From Felis catus (taxonomy: Eukaryota), in contig NC_058368.1 in assembly GCF_018350175.1 (NCBI RefSeq), forward strand, positions 69,008,001 through 69,072,000: 64,000 nt of DNA. The letters run 5' to 3'. Below the pieces are notes generated by a model, which saw only the letters and a program-made list of their open reading frames with translations, did not search any database and had not been told where the DNA came from. Of the stretch, positions 26,099 through 37,350 are shown piece by piece. Position 1 is the stretch's first letter. Each line of letters opens with the position of its first letter. Position numbers and translations under genes: made by a program.

Positions 26099-26310
26099 GG
26101 GGCGCCTGGGTGGCTCAGGCAGTTAAATGTCCGACTTCAGCTCAGGTCATGACCTCGCGGTTCGTGGGTTTGAGCCCTGCATCAGGCTCTGTGCTGACAG
26201 CTCAGAGCCTGGAGCCTGCTTCAGTTTCCATGTCTCCCTCTCTCTCTGCCCCTCCCCCACTCATGCTCGCTCTCTACCTCTCTCAAACGTCAAAAAAAAT
26301 TTTTTTTAAG
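26099..26310 (+). mobile_element. Can-SINE
   Basis: Full head and body, shortened tail. Confidence 0.95.
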
Positions 26311-27010
26311 TCAGCTAAGCCACTACCCACATCTTTAATGCTTGTTATCGGGGTAGAAATTAGCTCTCGCTAGAGCACTTGGCCACTATGCCACAACTAC
26401 CAGCTCTAAACATAGGCCCAGATCACTAATTTTACATTCAGAATCGCACCAGCCTCTCTAGTTAGCTAGCCTTGGGTATGTTGAGTTAGTGACACCACCT
26501 AAAGCTAGGTTGTTTGGAACTATAATTTCCAGAGGGGAGAGGAGCCCCCCGGAGGCACTGAGTGGTCCCTGCTCCCACCAAGACTGTGAAAACCAACCCC
26601 TTCTTTTCTGTTCACTTCTTCCTATGCGTCACACGCTTCCCATCAGCCTGGCTGCCCTATCAATTCCTCCCAACTTGTTTACCCTGGGAAAGAGGTCTGC
26701 AGGAGGTGAAGCAAAGGAAATAGAAACAGAAGGAAAAGCAGAAATACCTGAAAGAAGGTCAGACACAGTGATGCTGACTCATTTCTATTGAAACCAAACC
26801 TTTTGCCAGAAGAAGTCAGAAGGTCTTACCAATATAGGCCTGTGGATCTCCCTTATGCTTGGTAGCATAGAGAGGACTTGGCAGAGGGAAGGAGGAGGGG
26901 AAGGGCAGATCCTTGAGTATTAGACCAGTGTGAGTTCAACACTCAGTCGTCACTGAGACACATGCTTTGGGATGTAAGTAAACATCTTTGACCTGTTTCC
27001 TCAACTTTAA

Positions 27011-27229
27011 ATTTATTTATTTTTTGACACTTATTTATTTTTGAAAGACAGAAAGAAGCAAAGCGTGAGCAGGGGAGGGGCAGAGAGAGAGGGAGACACA
27101 GAATCTGAAGCAGGCTGCGGGCTCTGAGCTATCAGCCCAGACCCCGATGTGGGGCTTGAACTCACGCTCCTGAGATCATGACCTGAGCAGAAGTAGGAGG
27201 CTTAACTGACGGAGTCACCCAGGTGTCCC
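27011..27229 (-). mobile_element. Can-SINE
   Basis: Reverse-complement SINE; TSD CTCAACTTTAAATT. Confidence 0.95.
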
Positions 27230-27289
27230 TCAACTTTAAAATTAAGAGAATATTATAGAAGATACTCTGGATCTTTGACTTCACATCAT

Positions 27290-27642
27290 CGTTTCTTGCT
27301 CATTTGGGAACCGCCTGCCTCACATCCCATCGTGGAGTGAAGCCTACTCCGTTCCTGGTCAATCAGGGACAGCAAAGACTCAGCCAGGACAGCCAGACAC
27401 CCGGGCTGCCACCACCATCATTCATAAGCCTTGAGCTAGGGGCTGGAAGCATCGAGGCCCCAGGCAAACTATCATCAGTCCCTGCTCCCACATCCCCCAA
27501 ATTGCCTTGGTTCTTGTTCTGCCGGAAACCTGGATGTTTAGCTGTACCCAGGGTTCCATGCGCCTAAAAAAATTCCCTTTTTTTGATCAAATTAACCAGT
27601 GCTGGCTTCTGTCGCTTGCCAAAAGGAGCCCTAAATGATGCA
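27290..27642 (+). mobile_element. Old ERVL/MaLR-type LTR fragment
   Basis: 3' end AAATTCCCTTTTT..GGCTTCTGTCGCTTGC..GCCCTAAATGATGCA typical of LTR33/MLT1K-L. Confidence 0.5.
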
Positions 27643-28889
27643 AATCCTTAACGCTGTGAGGATTAACAATAACATCGGCAGTTCCTGGTTGAAAGGCTCC
27701 GTGTCTGGTCCCAAGAACGAATATTAAGGAATAACTTAAGGTTACCTCACAAGCAATCAATCCTAGGAAGACTCACAGAGCTCATGGAGTCTGGTGAGCA
27801 GACTCGGGGTGTTAAGCCACAGGAGTGTCCCCGTGGCCCTTCTTTCCATGGTTTAATTAACCGAGAGGCACAGAAAACTCCCCAGATCAAAATCGCATTT
27901 CCCTACTAGCCTGTCATCCCTCCTGAAATTCCCCCATTCACGTCATGCCTCAAGTTTAATCATAAAGAAACACTTGCTTAAAGCGCTTACATATGGTCCA
28001 TCCTTGACCCAGTTAAACGTATATTATCGGTATATACATAAGAAGTGCTTGTGTGTTCTTTCCCCTAAATGCAGGGGACAAATGTTTCACCAATCTGGAA
28101 AGAATCTTAGACTCACTAATCCTAGTATGTCATTTGTGATCAAGGTTTGTAATCATAAACATTTATTTTGTTAAGAGATGCTGTGTCTTTTCTTAATAGA
28201 CTTTATTTTGAGAGCAGTTTTAGTCCAGAGGATTTGTATGTGTTTTAAAATATTTTGTTAGGACTTCAGTTTTTCCATCATGATAAAACATAGTTCTACA
28301 GCCCTAGGAAATTTTCATTCAGCACATTTCACTGAACACCAGAGAAGATGTCAGGATATTTTCATGGAAAAGACGACACTTCCCTCAACATTTAGAAGCC
28401 TGTGACCCACCCCTGCAAAGCCCTGTACCCTCCCTCTGAATGAAGCTGGAAGTTTTATGCCTCTTGCTCTAAACGCTGCTGATATATTATTTATTTGTTA
28501 TATTTCAGAGGCACACTTCCTCTGGAGAGCTCAAGGCCATGGGCAAAGGACTTTCGTCTTCTTAGTTATAAACATCCTTCTAACTTTACAATAGCCCCAA
28601 CAGCAGAATGTCAAGGGCAGCGGGAAAGCAAGCGGGAGTGAAAAATACGTTCCAGAAGCGTCTCAGTGTTCTGTCTGGGCGCTGCTTAAGAGAATACCAG
28701 AGCAGTCTTCAGTTTAACAAGGAGGGCTTGAGGTCTTTGGGTTTTCCTTCCATAAGAAAATGAAAATGATTTTATCCAGAAATCGGGGAAAAAAGAACAC
28801 AGAAAATGAAGCTGAATTGTTAGGCTCCTGTTCTAAACTATAAGTTACTGGAGAGCAGGTACTTAGGAAATACGGCACCTCCATAACAG

Positions 28890-29085
28890 CAGCAGATAAT
28901 ATCTGTGATATTTGCTGAGTGTTTACTATGTGTCAGGTTTATCAGCCCTTCCCATTGTCCTCTCTAGTGGGGTAAATCCTATTATTATTCCCACTTTACA
29001 GCTGAGAAAACTGAGGTTCACAAACTTGCAGAAACTCATGTAGTAAATGGGGGAGCTACTATTGAGATATCAGAGCTTATACCCT
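28890..29085 (-). mobile_element. MIR
   Basis: ATTATTATTCCCACTTTACAGCTGAGAAAACTGAGGTTCA. Confidence 0.82.
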
Positions 29086-29300
29086 CTATCATTATGATAT
29101 GCTGCCTCCCTTCTGATTATTCATTTGGCTACGTCATTCAGCCATCAACATTCAGGACAAGAGCAAAGCAACAGGGGAAAAATGTTGTCGCCATTCCCCA
29201 GAGCTGCTTCCCCCTAAATAAATCACAGCAGAAGAAAAGTTTCAAAAATACCGTACTGGCACTCATAGAAAAAGACCAAGGCTGAATTCTGCTTTGACCA

Positions 29301-29620
29301 TGTGGAGCCAGCTTTCTAAGGTGGCCCTCATGCTTCCACTTCCTGGTGTGTGCAACTCAGTAATGCCCTCCCCTTGACTATGGGCTGGACCTAGTGACTC
29401 ACTTCTGGTGGATGGTGATGGGACAACACTTCCGAGGAAGTTACAAAAGACAGTGCCTTCCATCTTGGGCACCCTCTTTCACACTTGTCCATTCTGAGGC
29501 AGGCCAGCTGCCAAGTTGTGACCTGCCTTATAGAGAGACGCACGTGGCAAGGAATTGACATCTTTGGTCTCTACTGGAGAGGGCCTGCAAACTGCCCAAA
29601 GCCACGTTGAGCGAGCCCAC
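29301..29620 (+). mobile_element. MLT1F/G-like MaLR LTR, partial
   Basis: TGGGCTGGACCTAGTGACTCACTTCT..GCCAGCTGCCAAGTTGTG..CACGTGGCAAGGAA. Confidence 0.8.
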
Positions 29621-29819
29621 TCTTTCCTGTAGGTTCTCTTCCACTGTCTGCTCAAAAAGGGCATGTGAACTTCCTATCTCTGCCAATGAGCCAGATGAAA
29701 AGAAAAGATGGATTTATGAAAGGGGGTTCATGCTGCACCAGCACATACCTTCATCAAAAAGCAAAGAAAATCAGGATCAATTTTGTTTTAGTATCTTCAG
29801 TTTCAAAAATAACAAAAAC

Positions 29820-30010
29820 TTCACACGGATTATATCATTTAGGTCCACCAACCCTTTCCCCAATTCTCATTTTACAGATGTTGAATCTACATCTGAGGTA
29901 GGTGAGGGCACTAGGTAAGTATTTCAGTGACTTTCCCAGAAAACACCAGGGAAAGGATTGAAACTGAAAGCCAGGTCTTCTGACTCCAAATCCCATGATC
30001 TTTAGAGCAC
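29820..30010 (-). mobile_element. MIR fragment
   Basis: TCTCATTTTACAGATG..CCAGGTCTTCTGACTCCAAATCCCATG. Confidence 0.7.
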
Positions 30011-30062
30011 ATCTGGAGTCCACATGTTTTCCCCAGGGGATGTCTACTCTTCAAAACCAAGA

Positions 30063-30262
30063 ATCCTGAGTGGCTCAGTCAGTTAAGCGTCTGACTCTTG
30101 ATTTTGGCTCAGGTCATGATCTTGCAGTTCTTGAGTTCGAGCCTTGCATTGGGCTCTATGCTGACAGTGTAGAATTGGCTTGGGATTCTCTCTCTCCTTC
30201 TCTTTCTACCCATCCCCACTCCCAATCTCTCTCAAAATAAGTAAATAACTTAAAAAAAAAAA
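30063..30262 (+). mobile_element. Can-SINE, slightly 5'-truncated
   Basis: CCTGAGTGGCTCAGTCAGTTAAGCGTCTGACTCTTG..AAAATAAGTAAA. Confidence 0.93.
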
Positions 30263-31334
30263 GACAAGATGCCCAGACTGAGTTAAGTGATGTCTAACCC
30301 TATATGGCAAGTCGTGCTGTGGTAGCCTAGTGACAGGTCAGCTTGGCCAGACTGAGCTCCAAAGCTCAGATATCCCTGTCTTCTCTAATTTGGGTAGGTC
30401 AAGGGAGACATTCATGTGGGCGATTTGGGGGCAAAAAGGAAGTGACAGCCATTTTGAAGTGGCCGCCATTTTGTAGGTTGCACACATTCTGGTTCATCTT
30501 CTGACCCACCTCATTGCTCTGAACAGCAGCTGGGCCTGCAGGTACCCCAGCTAGGATGAAGCTCTTAAAGGCTAAATGACTGCATGCCTCTGCATCACGT
30601 ATGAGGAAGATAGAAAGCCAAGAGACAGGATGGGTGCATGCTTGTTCACACATGCACTCTCTCCCTTTCTCTCTCCCTCTGAATGGGATTTAAACAGGAG
30701 AGGGAAGGTCTGAAAGTCATCACGCTGAAGGAATTTTAATCTAGGTGTGCCTGGAGAGAAAGCTTCAGGAATACTAGAAAAATTGGCCCAGGTTACCCTG
30801 GGTCTCTGCCATCTTGTTCCCTTAGCCCAGCAGCCATGACAAAGGGAGAAAAAGGGATGTGGATCAGCTTTGTTCCAGGCTTTGCTTCTAGGCTGTTCTT
30901 TATACTTTGTGTGGACTCCATGGAGATATAAGGGGATGAGAGGAATGGGACCAAGGGAGACCTTTTGTGCACCTGCTACAGATCTGATCAACCACTCAGA
31001 AGTAGGGCCCTCACTGAGCACCACAAATGCCCAGCCTGACACTCAGTTCCACTGGCATCCAGAAGGTTTATAACACCCCTTAGGGCCCCTGCTTTCAGAG
31101 CATTTACAATCCAGCTGGCAGGAATGGCCTACCTGTTTGGAATACAGGTGCAGTCAAATGCTAAACCAGGGGCGTAACTAGACGGATGGTTTGGGAAGAG
31201 ACAGATCAGGAGCGGTCCTTGTGATTCACTAAAACAGTAGCCAAAAAATAGAAGGTGGGAACGGGAATCAGAAATCTAACATCAGCTCTGCTGCACATTC
31301 TCAAATACCTGGTAGTAAATGGCTTTGTTTCAGC

Positions 31335-31567
31335 ACTGACGCTGCTGTCAGACCATCGGGCTCCAAAATCTGGCTCCACGATTCCTGACTGATGTGATCG
31401 TAGGCATTAAGTTATTTAACCTCTCTATGCTTCCTTTCTTATGTGCACTATGGACCTTATAACGGCACCTACCCCTGAGGCTGTAAGGATTACAGGAGTT
31501 AATACAAGAAAATCCCTTAGAACAGTGCCTGGCACTGTGTATGTATAAGTGTATTATTTTATCATTA
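31335..31567 (+). mobile_element. MIR
   Basis: AAGTTATTTAACCTCTCT..CTTAGAACAGTGCCTGGCAC. Confidence 0.82.
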
Positions 31568-32290
31568 TGCCTTCTTCTAGTTCCCTATCTTTAAATTGGG
31601 TCCAGGATTTACTAACTTGCTTTGAATGAACCAAGGTCTTGCTCTGATCTTCCTTTAAATAACCTACAAATTGCCATATCACACAAATGTTTTGTTAGTG
31701 CTGTGGGGTTTGGGTTTCAATTAAAAATTCTCTGTCCCCAAGGACACAAATCCTGTTCTAATAACATTGAAGATTAAAGAGAGTTTGAAGCTAAAGTACA
31801 GTTGGTTTGTATAATTGAAAATAGCCTGAGAGAGTGTGGATGCATTTTTTAAAAATTTAAGTGCATTGTCATTGAAAGGTTATTTTTTGTTTGGAAAAGA
31901 ATAAAAAATCTTTGTTACACCATAGCAACCAGACTGGTAAGCGATACAGAACAGGCTGAACTGATAAAAATATCTGTGAAAATGTCCAGATTGATGAAAT
32001 GTTCTAAAAATAAGCTTAAGAAAATAGTGAACGAAATAAAATGGGCCTAATTTTTCAAACATGCCTTTTCATGTTTTATTTTTTGAAAGCTAAAATATTC
32101 ACTTTGAAGATGATTTTAACATTGCCATCTGGTAAAAAAGAAGTAAAAAGCCCTAGATTTTGGACAATAGAAAGACACGTTTGTGGAACTAAGGAGAAAA
32201 ATTCAGCATTCTACAGGAAAACAAATACATATGTTGGCCAAAGTTTAGAGTTTATACTTCTGCATGCTAAATCGTCAAAGCAATCACTTT

Positions 32291-32438
32291 TATTTATTTT
32301 GTTTGTTTGTTTGTTTCCAGTTTTTATTTAAATTCTAGTTAGTTAACATGGAGTATAATATTGGTTTCAGGAGTAGAATTTAGTTGATTCATCACTTACG
32401 TACAATACCCAGTGCTCATCACAAGTGCCCTCCTTAAT
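32291..32438 (-). mobile_element. Carnivore L1 extreme 3' end, 5'-truncated
   Basis: T-rich tail, TTCAGGAGTAGAATTTAG..CCCAGTGCTCATCACAAGTGCCCTCCTTAAT; TSD AAAGCAAT(C/A)ACTTT. Confidence 0.85.
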
Positions 32439-32580
32439 ACAAAGCAATAACTTTTTAAATACCCACATGGTTTACAGTAAACTAATTCATTTTCCCCACT
32501 GTTATTATTTATTTCTATTTTCAGGATTTTGAAGCAGATGGACACTGTTGCTTTGCCAGCTTAAGAGAAAACAGAATTTG

Positions 32581-32790
32581 GGGGGCACCTGGGTGGCTAA
32601 CTCAGTTAAGCCTCTGACCTTAGCTCAGGTCACGATCTCACAGTTTGTGGGTTCGAGCCCTATGTTGGGCTCTGTGCTGACAGCTCAGAGCCTGGAGCCA
32701 GCTTCAGATTCTGTGTCTCCCTCTGTCTCTGCCCCTCCCCTACTCATGTTCTGTCTCAAAAATAAATAAACATTAAAAAAAATTTTTTAA
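32581..32790 (+). mobile_element. Can-SINE
   Basis: Full length; TSD approx. AAAACAGAATTT. Confidence 0.95.
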
Positions 32791-33142
32791 AGAAAAAACA
32801 GAATTTTCAATGATAAATTCTAACTTGAGATGAGTGAAAGCCTATCCAATTCCAACAAGGAGACTAAGGGTCTAAAACAGGAGGGTTTCAGAAGATGAAC
32901 TGCTAGTATTCATTAGAATAGACTTAGAAGAGTCTTACTTCAAGTCTGGAGTTGATCAAGGGCTCTTTGTGTTTCCAGAGTAGACCAACAGCACTGAGAA
33001 GTGATCTGAGCTACCCCAAAAGAATTTTGGATATTTTTACATTTTTACAAGCAGAAAGGGCAAAGAGGTAAGCTGCTTTCCATGAGGCTTCATGTTCTAT
33101 CATTGCAAGGGCATGCTGGGTTAACACCTTACAAACCACATC

Positions 33143-33650
33143 TTCATCCATTCAATTCATTCAACAAATATTAATTGGAGAGAAAGGAGATGGCCATGCA
33201 TTGTTCTAAGACTTAGACATGTGAAAATGAATAACACAGAAATCCTGTATACAAGAAGTTTGGAATTTTTTAGGGAGGAAATTTGGGCATGTAAGCAAAT
33301 AACATTATTTTGAGGGATCTGTGATATAGGTATGTAAGATAACCTTAGGAGTCCAAAAAAGAGAATGGCTGACTCTCCCTGAAAGAGGCTTAACACAGGG
33401 GTGATAATTTTGCTGAGGTTTAAAGACTGGTTTATTTTATATGTGGTCTAGGGTGGGAGTATCATTCCAGACCAAAGGAATACTAATAGGAAGGTCATGG
33501 AATCATGAAATGGCTGTGGCTGAAGTGAAGGGTCCGGTGGTGGGTTTTCAGGGGCTATGAGACAGGGGCCCAGATTGCAGAGGTAGGCGAGAATTGTGTA
33601 GAGTTTTGTGTGACATGTGAAGGAATGTGGATCTTATCATCTACAAAAAG
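33143..33650 (-). mobile_element. L2 fragment
   Basis: TTCATTCAACAAATATT start followed by a degraded antisense L2 body. Confidence 0.65.
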
Positions 33651-34299
33651 AACCTCAATTCAGGGTGGTTAGGCCAAGGAGTTAAATGCTCATACTTGCA
33701 CTGGCACATGTGGAATTGAAAGTAAGTGGAAAGTGAGTAGTGAATGCATTAAGGAGGCCACATCAGTAATTTGGTTGGCAGGTGAAGAGGGCATTAAAGA
33801 AAGCATTGGAAGGGGGACATTGGAATTGGCAGGATTTAAAGACCACGCATTTACTGTGATGGGGATATACCAGGGGCGTGGGTTTGGATGTATTGACAAT
33901 AAAGCAATAGGGCAATGCCGGTCTTGTGTACCATTTGACACTCATCACCTAGGACGATGACAGGAACATAGTAGTTTTCAATAAGTATTTAACAGAAGAT
34001 GAATTAAAAAATGAATGAAACCACACCTGAGAGAGATCCGGTGAACCATTGGCCATTCAGGCTAAACTCAGATTTGGGAAATTGAGCAGTAGGTGAGAAG
34101 CATGGCAGGAAGAAAACTCCAGGGAAATACCAGAATATAAGGTTGAGCGGAGAAAAGAAAGGTAACAGAGGAGCCTGAAAATTAACAGGTTGAAAAATGA
34201 GAAAAAAATTCTCTATCAAGCCCCTCTGTGAATCTATACTGTGCACATAGATTTGGTTGATTCCAACTTTCTGCTCTTATCTATCTTGGAAGATGTATC

Positions 34300-34515
34300 T
34301 AGTGACAAAGCATGGGCTTTGAGGCCCCAAAGAACTAGATTCCAATCTTATTACTGCCCCTTTCTAGCTGAGACTTTGAAAAAGTAACCTCTGAATATCA
34401 ATTGCCTCATCAGCAAGATAAAGGTAATAATCATGCCTACCTTATAGAGTTCTGTTGCAGATTAAAGCTAATACCATATGTCAGTGTATATAACTCATAT
34501 CAAGTGTTCGATAAT
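34300..34515 (+). mobile_element. MIR, degraded
   Basis: AGCATGGGCTTTGAG..CCTACCTTATAGAGTTCTGTTGCAGATTAAA. Confidence 0.65.
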
Positions 34516-35059
34516 ATTGGACCCTTCACTCTCAAAATACGATGTATACAGTATCACCTAGAGTTCCTACATTTAAGAGTCATGCCTTCAACTTTTTGTA
34601 AGCATCGCAGAGTTCCCAAGACCTGCTCTGGTCATCTGTCTTTTAGCCAAGACACCAGCTTGAGTGTAGATATTAGGAAGGGCACATGTGGGAACCAATC
34701 ACCCAGCTTTCAAATGTTAAATATTCTTAGTGTTTTCTACTTCTCTGGATATCTTTGTTAATTCTTGTCAAATACTATAATAGCATTTTAAAAATTGAGT
34801 ATTTGCATGTATTTTAGGCTGTATAAAGGCCTACTGTGTAACAAGCAGGAAATAATTTTATAGATAGACCCTCTAAGCTGAGTCGCACACTGCAAAATAG
34901 ACTTAACTAATGTGCACTAATGTCACTGGGAGGAGAGAATGGTCTATCCTTATTTAGATTTATTACTATTGTTTAATAATTTATGAATGACTGTTTGAAC
35001 TTGAATCCCACTCATTTCACATTCGATTTCCTTTGTGGCGAAGCACATTTTAGTTCATT

Positions 35060-35395
35060 CATCAGATCTTACAAGTGGCAAAACCTCTCCGTCTTTGTTG
35101 GTCTCCAAATGCCTTTATTTTGTCCTCAGCTTGAATGACAGATTAACTGGATACTGAGTTCCCATTTGATACTCACTTTCTGTCAGGGCTTTGAAGATGC
35201 TATTCCACTGTCACTGTCATTGATTGTCAGTGATGAGAAGATCTTTGCCAGTCTAATTGTTGTTCTTTTGCAAGCTCCTTTTTTCTTAGGTGGCTGTTAA
35301 GGTTTCCTTTTCCTCTTTGATATTCTGAAATTCCATTATGATGTGTCTAGTGTTTATTATTTATTGTTATTTAATTTGCACAGAACCTAGATTTT
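35060..35395 (-). mobile_element. L1M/HAL1-like ORF1 fragment
   Basis: CTTTGAAGATGCTATTCCACTGTC..GATGAGAAG..GTCTAATTGTTGTTCTTTTG. Confidence 0.7.
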
Positions 35396-35402
35396 TATAG
35401 TT

Positions 35403-35480
35403 ACTGGTTGGGTTCTCTGAAAATAGACAATGAGATGGAGTATGGAAAGCGCCATGATTATTAGGGTGATAACACCTGAC
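35403..35480 (-). mobile_element. LTR16-like ERV-L LTR 3' fragment
   Basis: GGTTGGGTTCTCTGAAAATAGACAATGAGATGGAG resembles the reverse LTR16 end. Confidence 0.55.
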
Positions 35481-35489
35481 CTCTATTTT

Positions 35490-36560
35490 GGCAGGTACCA
35501 TTGTCCTCATTGCCATAATCAAGTTGTATAATAGCCTTTCTCAGTGTCAGCCCTGGCCTTCAGAGAGCCACCATGGGACATTTAGTGAAGAGTGGGATAC
35601 TCTTCTCCTTAGCACATCCCATGTAACTTTGGTAAATGGCATATCATCTAGGTTTTTCTGTAGAACATAACCATCTGGTCACCCATCTAACCATACATAG
35701 AATACCTATTCTTAATTACCCACTTCCTTGAGCCTTTTAATCCTTTCCTCTTTGACAATTCCATCTTGGCACTACCTACCTTGGCAACTCTGGCATTTCA
35801 ATCTCACTTGGTATGGGCTGTAATTTTTGCCATGCTTCTAGGAGCCATCCTAATAGCAATTTTGAGCCATTTCTTGAGGTCCTCCTTGCCAGTGTTAATC
35901 TCATCTATTCTGGAGCAGTCCCAAGTAAATAAACTCACCTATCCAATTTTATGTTTTGGCCCTCTTGATCCAGTACTCTCAGAATCTAATCCCACACATA
36001 CTCTCTGGCTCCTGCCAGTGTACATTGGGTAGGTCTTGCAACACTTTTGGGGTATGGTTCATCTACTGTCTTATCAAGACCAGCACATCACCAGCTGGTT
36101 TAAACTCTTAATGAACACTAATGATTGGCTTTGTGTCGCAGAGGAGACATGGAGGCAAGTCCTGGGAAGAGAGAGAGGACATGTCACCTTGAGAGAAAGA
36201 GTACTCAACGCTAATTCCTGAACACTGGGGAATTGGATGTGGAGAGTGAAGAGACTTACTCTTATGGGGAAAATTAGCAACATCTGAAGGCTCAGAATGT
36301 TGGAGAAGACTTGGGAAGTCAAAACCTTCAAGGGCATCTTCCTATATGTGCGTCCTATTGTGTGTCCAGGTCCTAGGTTTTCTCAACTTTGCATAACAGA
36401 CCTGCCCTGGTTGGACATTTGACCATCTTTGAAGTTTAGCCATCATATTCTTAAGGTCCAGGTTTGGTCCTCATTTTTCTTTACCCTCCTGCTAGAGGAG
36501 ATGAGAGCTTCTTTGTAAGCAACCAAATGAGACCCCCTGATTTTCTCAGCTGGTTTTCTG
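35490..36560 (-). pseudogene. ERV-L (class III) gag relic
   Basis: Minus strand 36056-35905 reads HTPKVLQDLPNVHWQEP/EYVWD*ILRVLDQEGQNIKLD/EFIYLG, matching the ERV-L Gag motif as I recall it (WEWILRVWDNGGRNIKLD); stop and frameshifts present; outer limits approximate. Confidence 0.75.
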
Positions 36561-36655
36561 GTACCTCTATCTCATCCTTAGCTACTTTCATATTTCTCTA
36601 AAGTACCAGTGCTACTTAGCAAAAAATGCTCACTCCAAATAGCTACCATTTTGTT

Positions 36656-36735
36656 TATGATCTCGCAGTCCTGGGATCAAGCCCCAATCTCTCCCTGTAT
36701 CTCTGCCTCTCTCTTTCTGTCAAAATAAATAAACC
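36656..36735 (+). mobile_element. Truncated, internally deleted older Can-SINE
   Basis: ATGATCTCGCAGTCCTGGGATCAAGCCCC..CAAAATAAATAAA. Confidence 0.75.
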
Positions 36736-36736
36736 A

Positions 36737-37350
36737 TTTTTATTTTTATTTATTTTTTAATATGAAATTTATTGTCAAATTGGTTTCCATACAACACCCA
36801 GGGCTCATCCCAACAGGTGCCCTCCCCAACACCCATCACCCACCCTCCCCTCCCTCCCACCCCCCATCAACCCTCAGTTTATTCTCAGTTTTTAAGAGTT
36901 TCTTATGGTTTGGCTCCCTCCATCTCTAACTTTTTTTTTTCCTTCCCCTCCCTCATGGTCTTCTGTTAAGTTTCTCAGGATCCACATAAGAGTGAAAACA
37001 TATGGTATCTGTCTTTCTCTGTATGACTTATTTCACTTAGCATAACACTCTCCAGTTCCATCCACGTTGCTACAAAAGGCCATATTTCATTCTATCTCAT
37101 TGCCAAGCAGTATTCCATTGTATATATAAACAACATCTTCTTTATCCATTCATCAGTTGATGGACATTTAGGTTCTTTCCATAATTTGGCTATTGTTGAA
37201 AGTGCTGCTATAAACATTGGGGTACAAGTGCCCCTATGCATCAGCACTCCTGTATCCCTTGGGTAAATTCCTAGAAGTGCTTTTGCTGGGTCAAAGGGTA
37301 GATCTATTTTTAACTTTTTGAGGAACCTCCACACTGTTTCCCAGAGTGGC
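36737..37350 (-). mobile_element. Felid L1 3' end (ORF2 C-terminus plus 3'UTR), 5'-truncated
   Basis: ORF 37092-37334 WRFLKKLKIDLPFDPAKALLGIYP..CTPMFIAALSTIAKLWKEPKCPSTDEWIKKM is the L1 ORF2 C-terminus; poly-T tail at left. Confidence 0.97.
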
